A stretch of 64,000 bases of DNA from Ophelia neglecta (lineage: Eukaryota), in NCBI GenBank assembly GCA_965285935.1, contig OZ260667.1:22630001-22694000 (forward strand). The letters are read 5' to 3'. Shown in pieces: positions 12,701-26,322 of the stretch. Numbering within the stretch: position 1 is the stretch's first letter; each line of letters begins with the position of its first letter. The notes under the pieces were generated by a model, which had not been told where the DNA came from, made no database searches, and was given only the letters and a program-made list of their open reading frames with translations. Made by a program: the position numbers and the translations under genes.

Positions 12701-15700
12701 GGGGTCCCGTTATCCGGAAAACACACACATTTCACGTCTAAGTGCCTAAACCGATAAAAGAACGACCTTGGTTGGGAACGGTTTAGCAACTGCCAGCTGT
12801 TTCAATCCTCCATCAATAATTCCTACTCCTAACTAGTTTATTTTTATTTTCAGCCAATTTGCATAACGGAACAAGGAACCTATATTGACTAGCCAGCCAA
12901 TGGTAGGTGTTCTAACATGTGTTTGTCCTTCGAATTCTGCGGGGTACATTCTGTTTTTAGCTTTCTTAATTGAGCACGATAGGCTATCTGTTCATTTTTT
13001 CTGCGGGACTGACTGACTGGCCTGATATCTTGAGATTTAAGAAAATTATGCAATTATATAACTATTGCATTGGTTGCGCTTTGGATTTCAAATCAGCAAA
13101 CGTACGTTTAAAATAGGGCATCCGATTGATAGTGGTAACATAATATGTCTCTGTACAAAACATGTAGTTCGGGTTGAAATTTCGTCAAAATAAGGTTACC
13201 AGTCATCTTTGAGAATCGAGTAATTGCGAGCAGACGACTGCAGTTGGCCTTGGAGCCCTCCAATTTGGCAGAAAATGTTAACTTGGATAGGAAGAGCATG
13301 TTTTAAGTAAATCAGATTTTCGCAAGAGTTTAACTTGGTTGATAAAATGTTCTGCTCGACGAAAATCTTGTTTTTCCTTTTTAAAATGTTTAAATGTTAG
13401 CCATGAATTTAAATTTGAAAACTATTGATAAAGTTACTGAATGACTTTTGGTTCACCGGAAGCAATTATCGAATGATGAATATCTGCTAATCAAAATGAT
13501 TGCTGTCTCATGCCATAGACCTGTAGAACGTTCCCCTAGCAATGCTCGCATGACACGCTGAACAGTGAACACCTGTGAATCATAATGGTTGCTGTCTTAT
13601 TTAACAGGCGTTTTACAGTAGGACAACTTTAGTTAAGTTCTTGTCAGAGCGTGGTCTAAACGCGGCTTGTAGGAAGTTTTGCCTAGATTTTCATTTACAT
13701 GTTAAGCCGGCCATTAGCCTTCCCATTAGCTACAGCTGCTACACGTCACCGAACATGTCTCAATTATGGAAATTCTGCTTAACTGTTAATTCATGGCGCC
13801 CAGCTCGATGGTCACATTGTCTTGTGTTTATAGTAGAACGCTACCGGAGACAGACGGTCGATCTTGTGTATATTCTGGGAGAAAGGTGCTGGCCAGGCGT
13901 TCTGACATCACGCTAACTACTCATCCCCTTTCTAATCACACACTGAAAGGCCATCAACAAGCGCTGGCTATTGACAAACGGGTTTTGGATGTCTCGCGAG
14001 ACCTTCCGAGACCTTCCTGTGTTGGAAAAGGCACCTTGTCCGGGTGACGACACTCCTTCTCGTTCTGGGTAGCATGCAGGGCAAGCCGCTCAGAATGCCG
14101 GAGCCTGCCGCCTTCGCCGCGTGGTAGACGCCAGACGGGGACACGAGAAGCTCCAGAGAAGCTCACGTAGCTGCAGATACTCGTTGGCATTGCAAATAGG
14201 AGGAGCGGCGCTTCATGCTAGTTCTGGCCGATGCTGTGAGCGGCATCTCGTAGCTCGGGACAGCGAGGGATCGTCCTGCAAACGTCCTTCCATAGTATTC
14301 GAATACATGGTCAACAATGGACACTGCCCTTGTATTGGTAGCGACAAATATCAACTGGTTTACCGATTAAGTTTCATCTTCAGAATAATGGATTGGATTT
14401 ACTACCCTATGTATAAACTAAATCTTATTGACTGACAAATAATCTTATATAGGATCTGTACTGTAATACCCCACACTTTCGTGGATGTATGTCGAAACCG
14501 AGTTACATGCGAACTCTCAATAAGAATTGGCTCATGTGTGAACGTTGACTTAACAGTTCGATTTTCACTCGGCAGCAGGTTGCCTTGATTTGATTGCACT
14601 CCATTGAATGGATATTAATATTGATATTTAATACGGCTGGGACCGGAGGAAGCTGTCAGCAGACGAGACTGATTGAGTGACAGGAGCGCTCAGCTTGTGT
14701 AAGATTCAACTTATCGGTTTTTTTTCTTTTCTTGTGCTATCCTTTTGTGCGTACCTGGTCCGTGCCTGGCTGGTCTTGGCGTTCTGGAATGGGCAATAAG
14801 TCAGCTGGTCTCTGTTTCCTTCCTGGTAGGACTCTACGGAGCTTCGCTTTCCTTCACTTGGTCTCCTATTGAAAGCATCGATATTGATACAACTATCCGT
14901 GGATATACTGGACTGGTGACAGTTTCACCTCTCAAAAGTGGTGATGGTTCACGAGGAAAATCGCTGAAGTCAATTTCTGCGTCATATACCCTAGGACAAA
15001 ATGTTCGATGTACAATTCATCAGTCGGAGCCTATTATGCATGTTTTCAGCGGCAGGTAAAGCCGGGCACATGCGTATCCTGCTTGTTTTCATTTGGAGCA
15101 CTATTGCTGGTAAGTACATTCTCATGCTTTGCTCACTCAACACAGAATCGCGCTCCATAAAAATCCAAACGACTTCCGCCATATTAAGCTTGGGAATGGG
15201 CTGTTCCCTTGTCCTGGCGCCTAAATATGAATGTTAAGAGCAAGACAATTATGTTGGCGCTGCAGTGGGGCCTTGCCTCAGTGGCTTTGGCGATGATATA
15301 GAATTCTGAAAATTAACCATTTCAAGGAGACATACGCTTGTTTCCTATAGATAAAATTCTAAATCAGCACCCAAAAGGCTATTGGTCATGTAGCATTGAT
15401 CTGACGGTCCAAATGCAGATAGGTTTATTTTAGGTTCTCTGATCACAGACGACCAGTAACATTTTATCAGCACGTGTATCTGATCAGTTTTGTATTGCGT
15501 TCGTTTCTCTTTGATCAATGGGGTTACCCCCTGCTCTTGATAACACCATTTGATACGTATCAAAGGATGGATTGTTTTGGTTGTAATTTGTCGCTAGACG
15601 GACGAACCGACCCCAGACCAGACCTGCTTGGCAGACGGTATGGTGGGAGCGAGGTGCAATTGCTTTGACCTGACTTGGGACAACGGTTCAGACGCGAGTT

Positions 15701-16632
15701 TCTTTCACAATTATAGCACTATTTGTCATTGTTGAGCTTTAGCTGTCCGTCCCAAGAGTCCAAATCACTCAATCATCTTCAGAGCAGACCCATCACGGTT
15801 TTATACTATTGACAAAAATGACACGGAAATGGCAAAAACCTACCACATAACAGGCACCCGGGGGAGAGCAATGAACGATATTGTGTGGAATCAGCTAAAA
15901 TAAAAATACAACCGCGGGGTTTGTCTTCTTTCGAAGCGATGTACAAGAATTGATATAACTGTCAAGAGCTGGCATTGTCGAATTTCATCAAGTCTCGTCT
16001 GCGGTGTTTCCCGCCAACAGCAAGAAACATTGGTCGGTAATCTGTCGATGGCTCCCCAGAAGCCTCCGAGAGCCCTGACGGAAAGTACAATGAACGGCTG
16101 ATCACGGCTTCTATACACGACCGTGGTCGAGGCTAATTACGACAATCTGGTGTTAAATCACGGCTGATAACACCAAACAAGGCCGATAAACCCGACCTCT
16201 GCAATAAGAACAGAGCCCGCTAGGGCCCATGATTTACGTGATTGATACATTACTCGTCACCTTATCGGATATCGGATCGCCTCTGTCAAGCTCGTGCTAT
16301 ACATATTGCTGTAGTCCATGCCAGTAGGCCTAGAGTGTTTTTAGTGGCTCCATGATTAACTTTAAGTATTTGTACTTAACTAAGCTGACGCTATTGAAGT
16401 TACAGCATGGAAAACATAAGCCCATGTAATTAAACACATACTGGTATAAGGTAAAAGTAATTAAACACATTTTCTTTTAGAAATAACGTTATAGTTATTC
16501 TAATGATTTTTCAATGGAGAGTTTTGCTCTTACATATATGGAAGTCAGGTTGTTTTATTTTTTGGCAGTCTTCGCACTTAAGACCGAAAAGGTAAACCAC
16601 CTTCCTCACTTGTCCTTTATGCAGTAATTGTA

Positions 16633-16810
16633 GGGGCGCAGTTGGTGGGTAGTTAGAGCTTTATCCCATCACTCGAGAGGTAAGGGGTTCGAGGCTCAGC
16701 CGCGGTTGTTTTGGTTCGGTGGGCTATATCCTTAACCTATGTTTGCCTCTCTCCAGCTAGGAAAAGTTTAAGTATCCGGTAGGGGCAAACGTGCCTCATA
16801 TAAATAAAGA
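16633..16810 (+). mobile_element. tRNA-derived SINE (degenerate) with a CORE-like central domain
   Basis: GGGGCGCAG start, A-box-like TGGTGGGTAGTTAG, B box GGTTCGAGGCT (16686-16696), then GTGGGCTATATCCTTAAC...TTGCCTCTCTCCAGCTAGG, which resembles the central domain of invertebrate SINEs (TTGGGCAAG..CTTAAC..TGCCTCTCTCCACCCAGG). No full cloverleaf, so not a tRNA gene. Confidence 0.65.
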
Positions 16811-18818
16811 GTCTTTTACAAAACAGTGTGGGAGTGAGCGTACAGTTTACAGCTGTGCAATTACGTACAATAAGCCAAAATGCTTGTTGAGCAATTGGTT
16901 TCACACTTGTCTGACTGTGTATTAGCTATGGCGTGGCAGTCTCCTTGCTGGAGGTGTGCACGCTGGCTGCATTCAACTAGTGGTTGGCTATATGTAAGAG
17001 ATGTTTTTGCCAATAAAAGCCACATGCGGCAGCTGCCTGTATATGACCTCAAGGAGTTTAGAAAGCTCAGGTCAGATGGAGGGGCCCAGCGAGCAGGTAG
17101 GTATTTGTCAATTCGTGGCAGCATATTCCCTGGATCAAGACAATGAACCATACTTTAACCTTTTAACCTTTAGCAATCTATATACCTCCAATTACTGTTC
17201 GAATCAGATGCAAGTACCAGTAGGGTCGCATGTAAAATGAGTCTCGGAGACTGAAATATTATGAACAATGTTTATGTTTTCAATTCTCGCACTTGGTAAG
17301 CCTATTTAGGGTATAATTGTGGTCTTATTTAAAATGATGGTTTAGATGAGAGTACATCACATTTATACCATTTTAAGCATGCTTATTTGAAACTTTTGGG
17401 ACTTTCCATTCACAAATTGAAGGTTGTTTATCACTTAAATATTGCTAGACCTGTGCTAACGTGCCTAGACTTCTGGTATTTAACTACACTTGTGTAATCA
17501 CACTTTCTAATAGATTTACTTCTAATATCATTCAAATGCTTACACTATGATAAAGTGATATTTGTTATAATTACAACCGTGCACCATTTACCTTTACGTT
17601 CATTTAAAGGGATACTTGTTTTCTCCATCAATCAGTTTTGATAGACCAAGTAGGGCTGGCCGAGCAGTCTGCTTTCAGCTCAGGCTTCATCATAAACTTG
17701 TCACATGGTCGTGATTTAGGACGTGATTGCCGTTAAAGTCGAGCGATATCTAGACATCACCAAGCCGAGGCTGGTATTTTAACGGCAGGAGTCACCCGAC
17801 GCTTTCTTTATGTAGGGGATGACAACTTCGGATTGGGCTGATGACATGAGAGGTGGGCAGAGGCTCGCGTAAATTACAGGCACATGCTGGCTAGCTAAGA
17901 AGATATAGGTGTAATAACGACAAAACAGCAGATCCTGAGCTGGCTAGCCGGCGTCGCTTCTAGATGAGGCGTCTTGATTAACACCTCTAGAGTTTCATAG
18001 GAAATCTGACATTAAAGATAACAGATCGGGTTTCATTTCTACATTACTGCAAGAAATATATACCATCTTCATCCTTCAATGTATATGTTTCAGGCTTGTT
18101 TACTATTTAATTGTCATTTCAACATTATAAGCTAACATAAGGCATGTACTAATCATGTTAGTTTTTTATCATTGCATCAATATGAATATGAATATACAAT
18201 AATATCAATGGTGGACCTTTATCAGCCTGTCAAATAAAGACAAAACGTGACAACTTTTTGTTAGTATATGTAGAAAGGATTAATCCGTGGAATATCATCA
18301 CTATGAAAATTAAATACCAAGCTTCTGTTGAAGAATCTGTTGGTGGCAGACTGATATTAAAGCCTATAATTTTTATCGTGGCATTAATTATGTCGAATGT
18401 GAATCTTGCAGCTTGGAAGACCATCGCAGAGGATGGTTTGGCACGACAATTTGTCTTGGCCTTTGATGATGAATGAAAACTGGGCTTGCTTTTAAGACAG
18501 ATCATTGTGGCCCAGTCTATTGTGGCATCGCCTCTGGGCTTATATGGCAAATTATTGTGGCCTGTTCAATCAGTGTGGCCTCAATTCAAGACTTTTATGA
18601 CCAAAAAAAGTTTCGTCTAATCTCTAGCCCTTTTTTTACAAATCATTGTGGTTTACATAAAGCGATGAAGGGAAACTGGTTTCATTGTTTGTAAGAACTT
18701 GTAAGATATAACTGTGTACGGAATTGCTACAGAAGCTTTTAAATTGTAGACTAAATCAATCAAAGTACATTAATTACGTAATCAAAAATATTACGAACAA
18801 GTTCACAGGACACATTTA

Positions 18819-18988
18819 CAGTGAAACCTGCCTTAAAGACCAATCAGACCACCTGTAAATTCAGACCACAAATATGAGGAACATGCTGTATGCTTTTAAT
18901 GTCAAATAACCTGTCTAAACAGACCACCTCCAACATCAGACCAGCATTTTCCAGTCCCTTGGGTGGTCTTAATTCACAGGTTTCACTG
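18819..18988. mobile_element. Non-autonomous DNA transposon (MITE), Tc1/mariner-pogo/Tigger type, 170 bp
   Basis: TIRs CAGTGAAACCTG...CAGGTTTCACTG (12 bp perfect, ~25 bp imperfect: CAGTGAAACCTGCCTTAAAGACCA vs CAGTGAAACCTGTGAATTAAGACCA). TA on both sides (18817-18, 18989-90). Internal CAGACCA motif repeated. Confidence 0.9.
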
Positions 18989-21900
18989 TAGTTCTACATT
19001 CTATTAATGTCCAATGCTTTAGTGAAATACAGATCGTCATAACTTTTAATTAACTCAATTAAAACATGGTGCGGAATTGTAGATGAAGAGCTCGATGTAT
19101 TTTGGTTTCTTTTGCGGCCAGTGTTGTATAGTAATTTGTCGTTTGGGGACAAATACCGGCTTCTTTTAAAGAAAATTCTTGACTTGACAAGAATACTAGG
19201 CTACTCTTCCTCCCGTATTTGCCACCTGTTATTACGAGTCTCCGACACACACTTCTAACCTAAGAAATGGAAGTTAAACCACAACATTGCTAACCAGCTA
19301 GCATTTGATTCCTCAAACACCTCTCAAAACCACCATGTTATGAAAATAATCTGATTTTAAAGGTTCTAGCAAACTAACCCTGTTAGTTTCCGCTCGGGGT
19401 TTCCGCAATCCCCAACTGAGACAATCGGTGCGCAAACTAACCCCATCGATGCTGAACACCACACCGTGCTTCTGCCTGTTGTTCCATGCGTGCACGACTC
19501 GATGTTAATCTTATGTGACCTTTAAAAACACACAATTAAAATTTAATACAAAAAGAAAAGATAAGACCTCATTTTTCATATGTTTGGTCTTTTATTTAAA
19601 TTATGGACTGAAAGTTTGATTTTTGCCAAAGCAAGCTCGACCTCAACTTTCTCTTTAATGTAAACACAAAATAACCTGTAAACAATATTTATAATCCGAA
19701 CTGATAAGTACAAATGTGTCATGGCGTCAACACTTTTTGTTATGGGACCATGTGACGATGTGAGTTACAACGACCAAAGGGGAATGTCAGCCTAAACCAG
19801 CCCACGGCTGCTTCAACGCATTTCTAAAACCCGAGCACATGTGCCCCTCGGTTATGCTTTCATCGCAAATAGCGGCTTGGCATTTGGTCCTCTATTTAAT
19901 TTCCCCCAAGGTTCTTTTTTTCTAATTTACTGTGAAACTGCAGCCAAAGACCCATCTCCCAAGCATTGCGATCGACAACATTATTTCTTGGCAAATATAT
20001 AGGCCTAGTTCATGGATTAATGGCCCTCCTAAAATGTTGACCTAGTTATTCTAATTCAGACGATAATTAAACTGACACGTTCGATAGGCCGTGAATGCGT
20101 AACATCCTGTTGAAATTGGAAACCATTAGCCTACAATGCTAAGATGACTTGTAAATATGATACTTCAAGGATATTGGTTTAACATCCGGGGATTTCTGTT
20201 TACTTCATGCCAAGGCGTTAATGTTTGAAAAGCACGCCCTCATTATCATTGAAATAAGACACACAATGTTGATTTAGTCATCGAGTTTTACTTAATCATA
20301 GCCAGTTTACCTGACTTGGTTAGCAATAAGCGGTTGTGTTGTTTAGTTATTGATCAACGGTACATCCCAGGTCATTTTAAAGGTCACTTAATAGGTGGAA
20401 GGAATGTTCACGAACGCGCCAGATGTTTTCGATTGAATGGAGAAACATTCGTCACTCCTTCGTTTGGTTGGCCGGAGAATCTAAGCTCATCATTCCGGCC
20501 CAACTACTGATGTATCTGGCATAACATGCAACGCATTAGCACTTTTATTAAACTTCTCGCCTTCCTATATGGAGTTCGTGTCGAGAGGCGTGCAGGAAGT
20601 GATAATTAATGCCACCAGGCCATAGTCTTCCATTCACCGTCCATCCTTTTATAGCACATAGAAGCAAAAATAAATTGGTCAATTGGTATGTTTCTAGTGG
20701 GGTATGAAATTGCCGTTGCGATTGCTGTTTCTGGAGAGTATAATTCAATGCCTCGCGGATCAATAGTCAACCACCTATGTGATGCGTACTTTGTTGTGGG
20801 AAAGCAGAAAGGCATTATTCCAAGTTTACCAGAACATTGGAAACTTGTCAAATGCTCAAGGTTTATCTGCCCATAGATCTCACCGTCGTTGGATCTGTGA
20901 ACGCCCAGGGCTTATTCCAATTCCATCAAGCCTATCTGTTTAGCGATTTGAATGCGGACAGAAGAAAGATGGGCCCTTATGTAAAAAAAACAAACTTTCC
21001 TATCAGAAATAAAACGGATCATAATATCTTAATGTGTCGATTGATCCTTCATTTTTTTCTTGGTATTTGTATTTGAGTATAGTAACTTTTAACAAGCTTG
21101 GAATCGAGTCGGCCGCCCGAGGCCGCTGTTGTGGTAATGTCGGGAGGCGTTTGTCGTCTGCTCTATAAGCACTGATGCCATATGAACGAACCTAGCAATG
21201 GCTTGAGCAGTAAACAATATGGATGATGCTAGGAGGACAGTTTGGCTTATCTCCGTTAGGGTAACCACTATCCAGCAGATCATATCAGTAAAACGGTGAA
21301 ATGGCTAAAACCACTAACGCGAGAGCATAATGTCCGCACTGACAAACAGACCAACTATACTTTAGCATTTATGTACCAAAAATATCACATTGGTCATTGA
21401 TATATCTGGTAATGTATTGACATAAGTAAGTAGGGACCCGGACAAGGGGTAATTTTTCGAACTAAAAATCAACATGAAATTTGTGAAGATAGGCAAATGA
21501 GTGGGACACCTTTGCATGTTCTTATAATAGCTACCGCTTGCTGATCTCCTAATTAAGAACGAGAACTCATGCATGTTGTTATGAAGCCCCAAGGAGATTA
21601 ATGCTAAAAACAAGTCTTAAAATTGAGATGTCCGTAGCCGAGGTAATGATTTATTCGACCCGCTATCTATGACCACACCAATGGTTTCACCAAGCCTATG
21701 GGGTCCTTGAAGGTTTGCCGCCTTTGTCACGTGATTAATTGTCATGCGCCCTCGTAGGCCTTTGGAAATTTATGCAATCGGTGAGACCTCCGGGAAGTAT
21801 AGTGGCCAATACGCAGTTTAGCCAGCGGATACATTGATCATCTGCACTCGAATGTTATGTCCACATTAGCTTATACTGAAGAGGAGAGAAGGGTACCTAC

Positions 21901-23049
21901 ATATTAGTGTTGTGAGACCATGTTTTTATCACATAATATTATCTAGCAATATATTCCTACATGGTTTACGAAGTACGTACTTCAACTAATATTGCCATTA
22001 TTATAGCGGTCTAACTCGATTCAAGGAAAGTAGTAACACAATTTAAACCATTATTTCGGATGAGTGTTTAAGCGAAGAGCACTTCTGGCCTTCTGATCAT
22101 TTTTGTCAGCCAAGTGGTTTTGTACATCTCATTTAACCTAGCTAGCAGTCTGTACAGTTACGGGAAAGTAGGCTGGAAGTCTCTATATCCTTCCCTTGTC
22201 TTATAATATTATCAAAATGTTTATTATATTATCGGATGCATCTCATATCATTTGTCATAGGCCTTCAATGCTGTTGTCATAACTGGGTCATAAATTAATT
22301 ACAGTATTTAACTGTTAACATTCCGTCATAACCCCTCTCCTTGGTAGGTTTGTCTGACGTGAGGTGTGTGTTATGTACGATAAAGTATCAATACAATATG
22401 ATATATATATTATTTTATTTGTTCAATGAAGCCATTATAGACTTGTACATTGTACAGTGATGATCCTGATGCATGTACGGAATCAGGAGTAGCAATAGTT
22501 TAAGATACAATATAATTATCAACTTTATATATGCACATATTGTATGCTTTTATGAGGATATCATTGAATATAGCTGAACAACATTCAAGGTTTTTGTTGA
22601 ACCATAATTTCTGTAACAATATTGCATGTTTGACTGTGCTTGTCAATGGGCAAAAGCACTCCTAACGTTACAATGTATCACTCAAATGATATATGGCCTG
22701 TTTCACATCTATGGTATCCCCTTGGTTACACATTTTAGATGTCTATAAAATTTTCATCAGCGGGACGCTTAATGTGTCCGTATTTCCTTGCCACGACGAC
22801 CAATGCTACTAAATCAGACTAGGCGTCTCTCTCCATTCTGTAGAGGTCAATTGCAATAAAGCTTTACGAAGCCTTCTGCTCCTCAGCCCCCTTCCTGCCT
22901 GGACACTCACCGCAAAATGAGAATCCAAATCACGAGTATTATCTGTAATCACCTTTCCGACAGATTGGGCGATAATTAATGACATTTCTGGTCGTTTGAA
23001 GCATCTCCGCGATCAGTTCCATATGAATATAGTGTTGCATACGCTCGCT

Positions 23050-23180
23050 GAATACCAATTGGCCCAAAAGATTGCCGTCTAATTACCGCCGGAAGTGGCG
23101 TATGAATAGCAAATATGGCGACGTGGAAAACGCTGAAAGGCCCTAATTGGGGGGTTGGTCCGCCCTAAGAAAGGTAGGTA
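23050..23180 (+). promoter_or_regulatory. Candidate TATA-less promoter or enhancer motif cluster
   Basis: Within 130 bp: CCAAT (23055), ETS CCGGAAGT (23089-96), YY1-like AAATATGGCG (23111-20), GC box CCGCCC (23160-65) and a donor-like AAG|GTAGGT (GT at 23174). Motif matches only. Confidence 0.35.
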
Positions 23181-26001
23181 GGGCATCTTGCACGGACCTT
23201 AGTGTGGACAATTCCAAGAATTAACACATGCCAGAAGAAGATCGCCTTTTTACAGCCAATAGAATAGTCGATGCTCATATATAGGTCATCTTTATAACAT
23301 TAAAGAAATGGAACGGTACTGATTTGTGTCGCTATAAATCTATTTTGAAAAAATGTCTTTGGCCTACATATAGTATGACATATATGAAAGTTTAATTAGA
23401 TCCCATAAGAAGATAAGTGCACATTTCTATCCCAACCAATCTCTCCCCCTCTCTCTCTGTCTAAATTGCCTCTCCCCCCGACAAGCCTGTTTTACGCATT
23501 CCTGTATACTTATAGAGGATATAACAACAGTTGGGGTTGGGCACGAATAACCTTTAAATGGGCAAAGGGGTATTAGGGTTTATCATTTTCAAGCAATCGT
23601 CTCTCCAAAGAATGTAATAAAAATGTCAATCGAAGAAAGTTCCCGGGCAGTATCCTCAGATAGCAGTAAGAGGATCCTTTGAGTGCCACAGAGGTGAAGG
23701 GGGTAACGATTTGCGTATGAAGAGCTTTCGGGTTATTAAGAACGCCCTTTTATTAAGCCTCGGAAACACATTCCAGGAAATGCGTGTGCCCATGTACGGC
23801 GGTGAATTATTGCAGTGTTTGAGTGTAGTTTTACAACCCCAATTTATTACCTACGCTGTTGGCCAAAGCATCCAGCTAGCGGCAATCAACAGTTGAACAT
23901 TGCATAAAGAAGACAGGATGAACACCAAAGCACAAGGAGATTACAAAGGTGATCATACGAGATTTTCTGGCAGCCCTTCTGGCCATCTAGACGAAATCAC
24001 ATGGGAGTTGTTTCATTATTCATAGCAGCCTGGCTGTAGCCGGCTCGTACTGACCCATCATGATTCTTGACACATTATATGGTGCAATTTATATGCAACT
24101 CCTTAAACTGCCGACCGCAACTTATTTGGTAGGCATCCCCGGTTGTAGCACCCACGATCCAATCCGAATTTCCGAGTAAAAAATAAACGAGTTCGTCTGG
24201 CAAAATTGATAACAAAATGAGAATCGAAACCTTAAGCGACATTTCATATCGTGTTTATATTATCTTTTTTTCCCGGTAGATAGCTATACATATACGAGAT
24301 AATTATCTTACAAGCTGGATCACAAGTTTGTGTCCTTGATAGGCAGATATCTCCAGGGTTTGGTATTCAAAGAATATTGGCCATATTTCTCTCAGAACTA
24401 TATTCGTAATAAACATGGACAATCAGCCGGGACCAATTGATAATTGCTCTGAATATTACATGAACTGTATGCTCCCCTGCGTGTGCTTTTCCTGATTGGG
24501 TGGGTTTTTTAAATTTTTTTTATCTACCTTGCAATCTGCCTTTTGTACCAACCAGACATATTTACGAGGATTATTTCTTTAAGTGTCTAGATTCGTACTA
24601 TTATGAGCGAGGATAGAGTGTCTCGAACTTGTGGTACAGATCAATCGTAAGTTGCCTAAAGGTTTGAGGAAAATACCTTTATGTAGCTGGCTGTCCCAAC
24701 TCGTGTCTCCAGACTGTCTCCGTGTCACAGACACAAAGTCAAGCTCAAAAAAGCTCTCTTAGTTAATGACTATTTTTTCTACTCACAATTGCTCATAGTA
24801 GATGCACCACGATCTTGTCAGCTGCACAAATTTATTCAGATGATACACTTAGTTCCTATATATGTATCTGGCCATTTCTAAACTGTTTTCCTGTATATAG
24901 TTAAATAACCTCAAATATGTAGCCTTGCGCAGCAGGCCCGACGATCTCACATGCTATCCTGGAGTAGATATATAGATATGTAATATGTAGATATGTTAAT
25001 ACAATGTATATCTTCATCTGTCATATTCCGTTAATATAATTCGACATTTATTACTGTATCACTGCACTATCCAAAATTGAGGAAATAAAGATCATATATA
25101 TATTCCACAAGAGAATTATCCAGTTATATCGGGCGCCCAAACGCCCTTTCAGATGTTTGGGAATATCAGTCTTATTTTATTACCCAATACTGCAACAAGA
25201 AAGTCCTACGTGGGAAAACGCGTGACGATCCGCCTTGAATTGTTCTTTTCTGGCCCATTTTGTCTAATTTTTATATGTTTGATTTATTTTAATCATGTCA
25301 TGATCACAGTATAATTAAAAGTACGATACAAGAAATAAATTGCGCATGGACAAGTAAAACCGGGATATGCAAATGGCAAAAAATAAGGAACCTCAAGTAA
25401 AACACCCACACCACATAACACCGAAGGGCTTATAAATTCTTCCAATGTGGTCCTTCAAAAAATAGGCTAACGCTTAAGCTGCCCACTTGAAAATACCCTA
25501 ATACATCACAGACTGTTGAAAATGAAACTATGAGCATTTCAACTAGTAATATGGAAATTCTAAAACATCGTTTCTGACCATATGGTCTTAATAATAATGC
25601 TACAAAGATTGTTAAGTTTATTTAATGCAGTCTTTATTTATTTTTCACTTTCTGTTGTTTTACTGCATTGTATCGTCTCAATGACATGTTTCCACATTCT
25701 CGCGTCTCTAAAAAATAACATTGGGACGTTTGAAGTACGTCTCCTTTAGCTATGGCCGCTTAGCTTTTACAACCGAATGATGCTGTCAGCTTGTCATAGA
25801 TATTCAGGCAATTCCTATTCTTGCTTGATGGTTACATTTAAGAGAAATGTCTGTGAAAGATGTGTGGCTCCAACTGGCAAGTTGCGTTAGGGACGCATGG
25901 CTCTTCAGCTGATATGAAACGTAATTTATCTACTTTCACATTTGCTGAGAATGATGTTGGCTAAAACGTTTCACCGAGGTTTCTGCTTTTTTCACCGCGA
26001 A

Positions 26002-26322
26002 AGACTTCTCAGCATTCTTCGCAGCATATTTCAGGTAACGCGCAATAATCACGTTATCATCGCGCAATCGGTTGCAATTCCAATGATTCTCGGCTGATTA
26101 CTGGGAAGTATTAGTCATTCTTTACATTAAAGAACGTCTGGCAAGTAATTTAGACAGGCCCACTATACTCTTTAATGCTTGAAGTAATCAACAGCTCATT
26201 GTCATTATTTGCTTTTGCGTGGAGTCAACCAGCAGAGTGCTCACAGTTCATACGGATTGCGCGATGGCAATGCAATTATTGCGCGATGCCTGAAATTTGC
26301 CGCGAGAAAGGCGGGGAAGTCT
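26002..26322. mobile_element. Degenerate foldback/MITE-like element with ~100-bp inverted arms
   Basis: Left arm AGACTTCTCAGCATTCTTCGCAGCATATTTCAGGTAACGCGCAATAATCACGTTATCATCGCGCAATC (from 26002) aligns with the reverse complement of the right arm (AGACTTCCCCGCCTTTCTCGCGGCAAATTTCAGGCATCGCGCAATAATTGCATTGCCATCGCGCAATC; arm ends at 26322). No TSD seen. Confidence 0.75.

Noticed and set aside
13473-13561. C/D-box snoRNA-like ATGATGA...CTGA
   Set aside because: No terminal stem and no rRNA-complementary guide that I can recognise.
22400-22720. Possible decayed LINE 3' end on the minus strand (similar hints at ~43000-43140 and ~24920-25100)
   Set aside because: Only AATAAA and vague peptide resemblance; no diagnostic motif.
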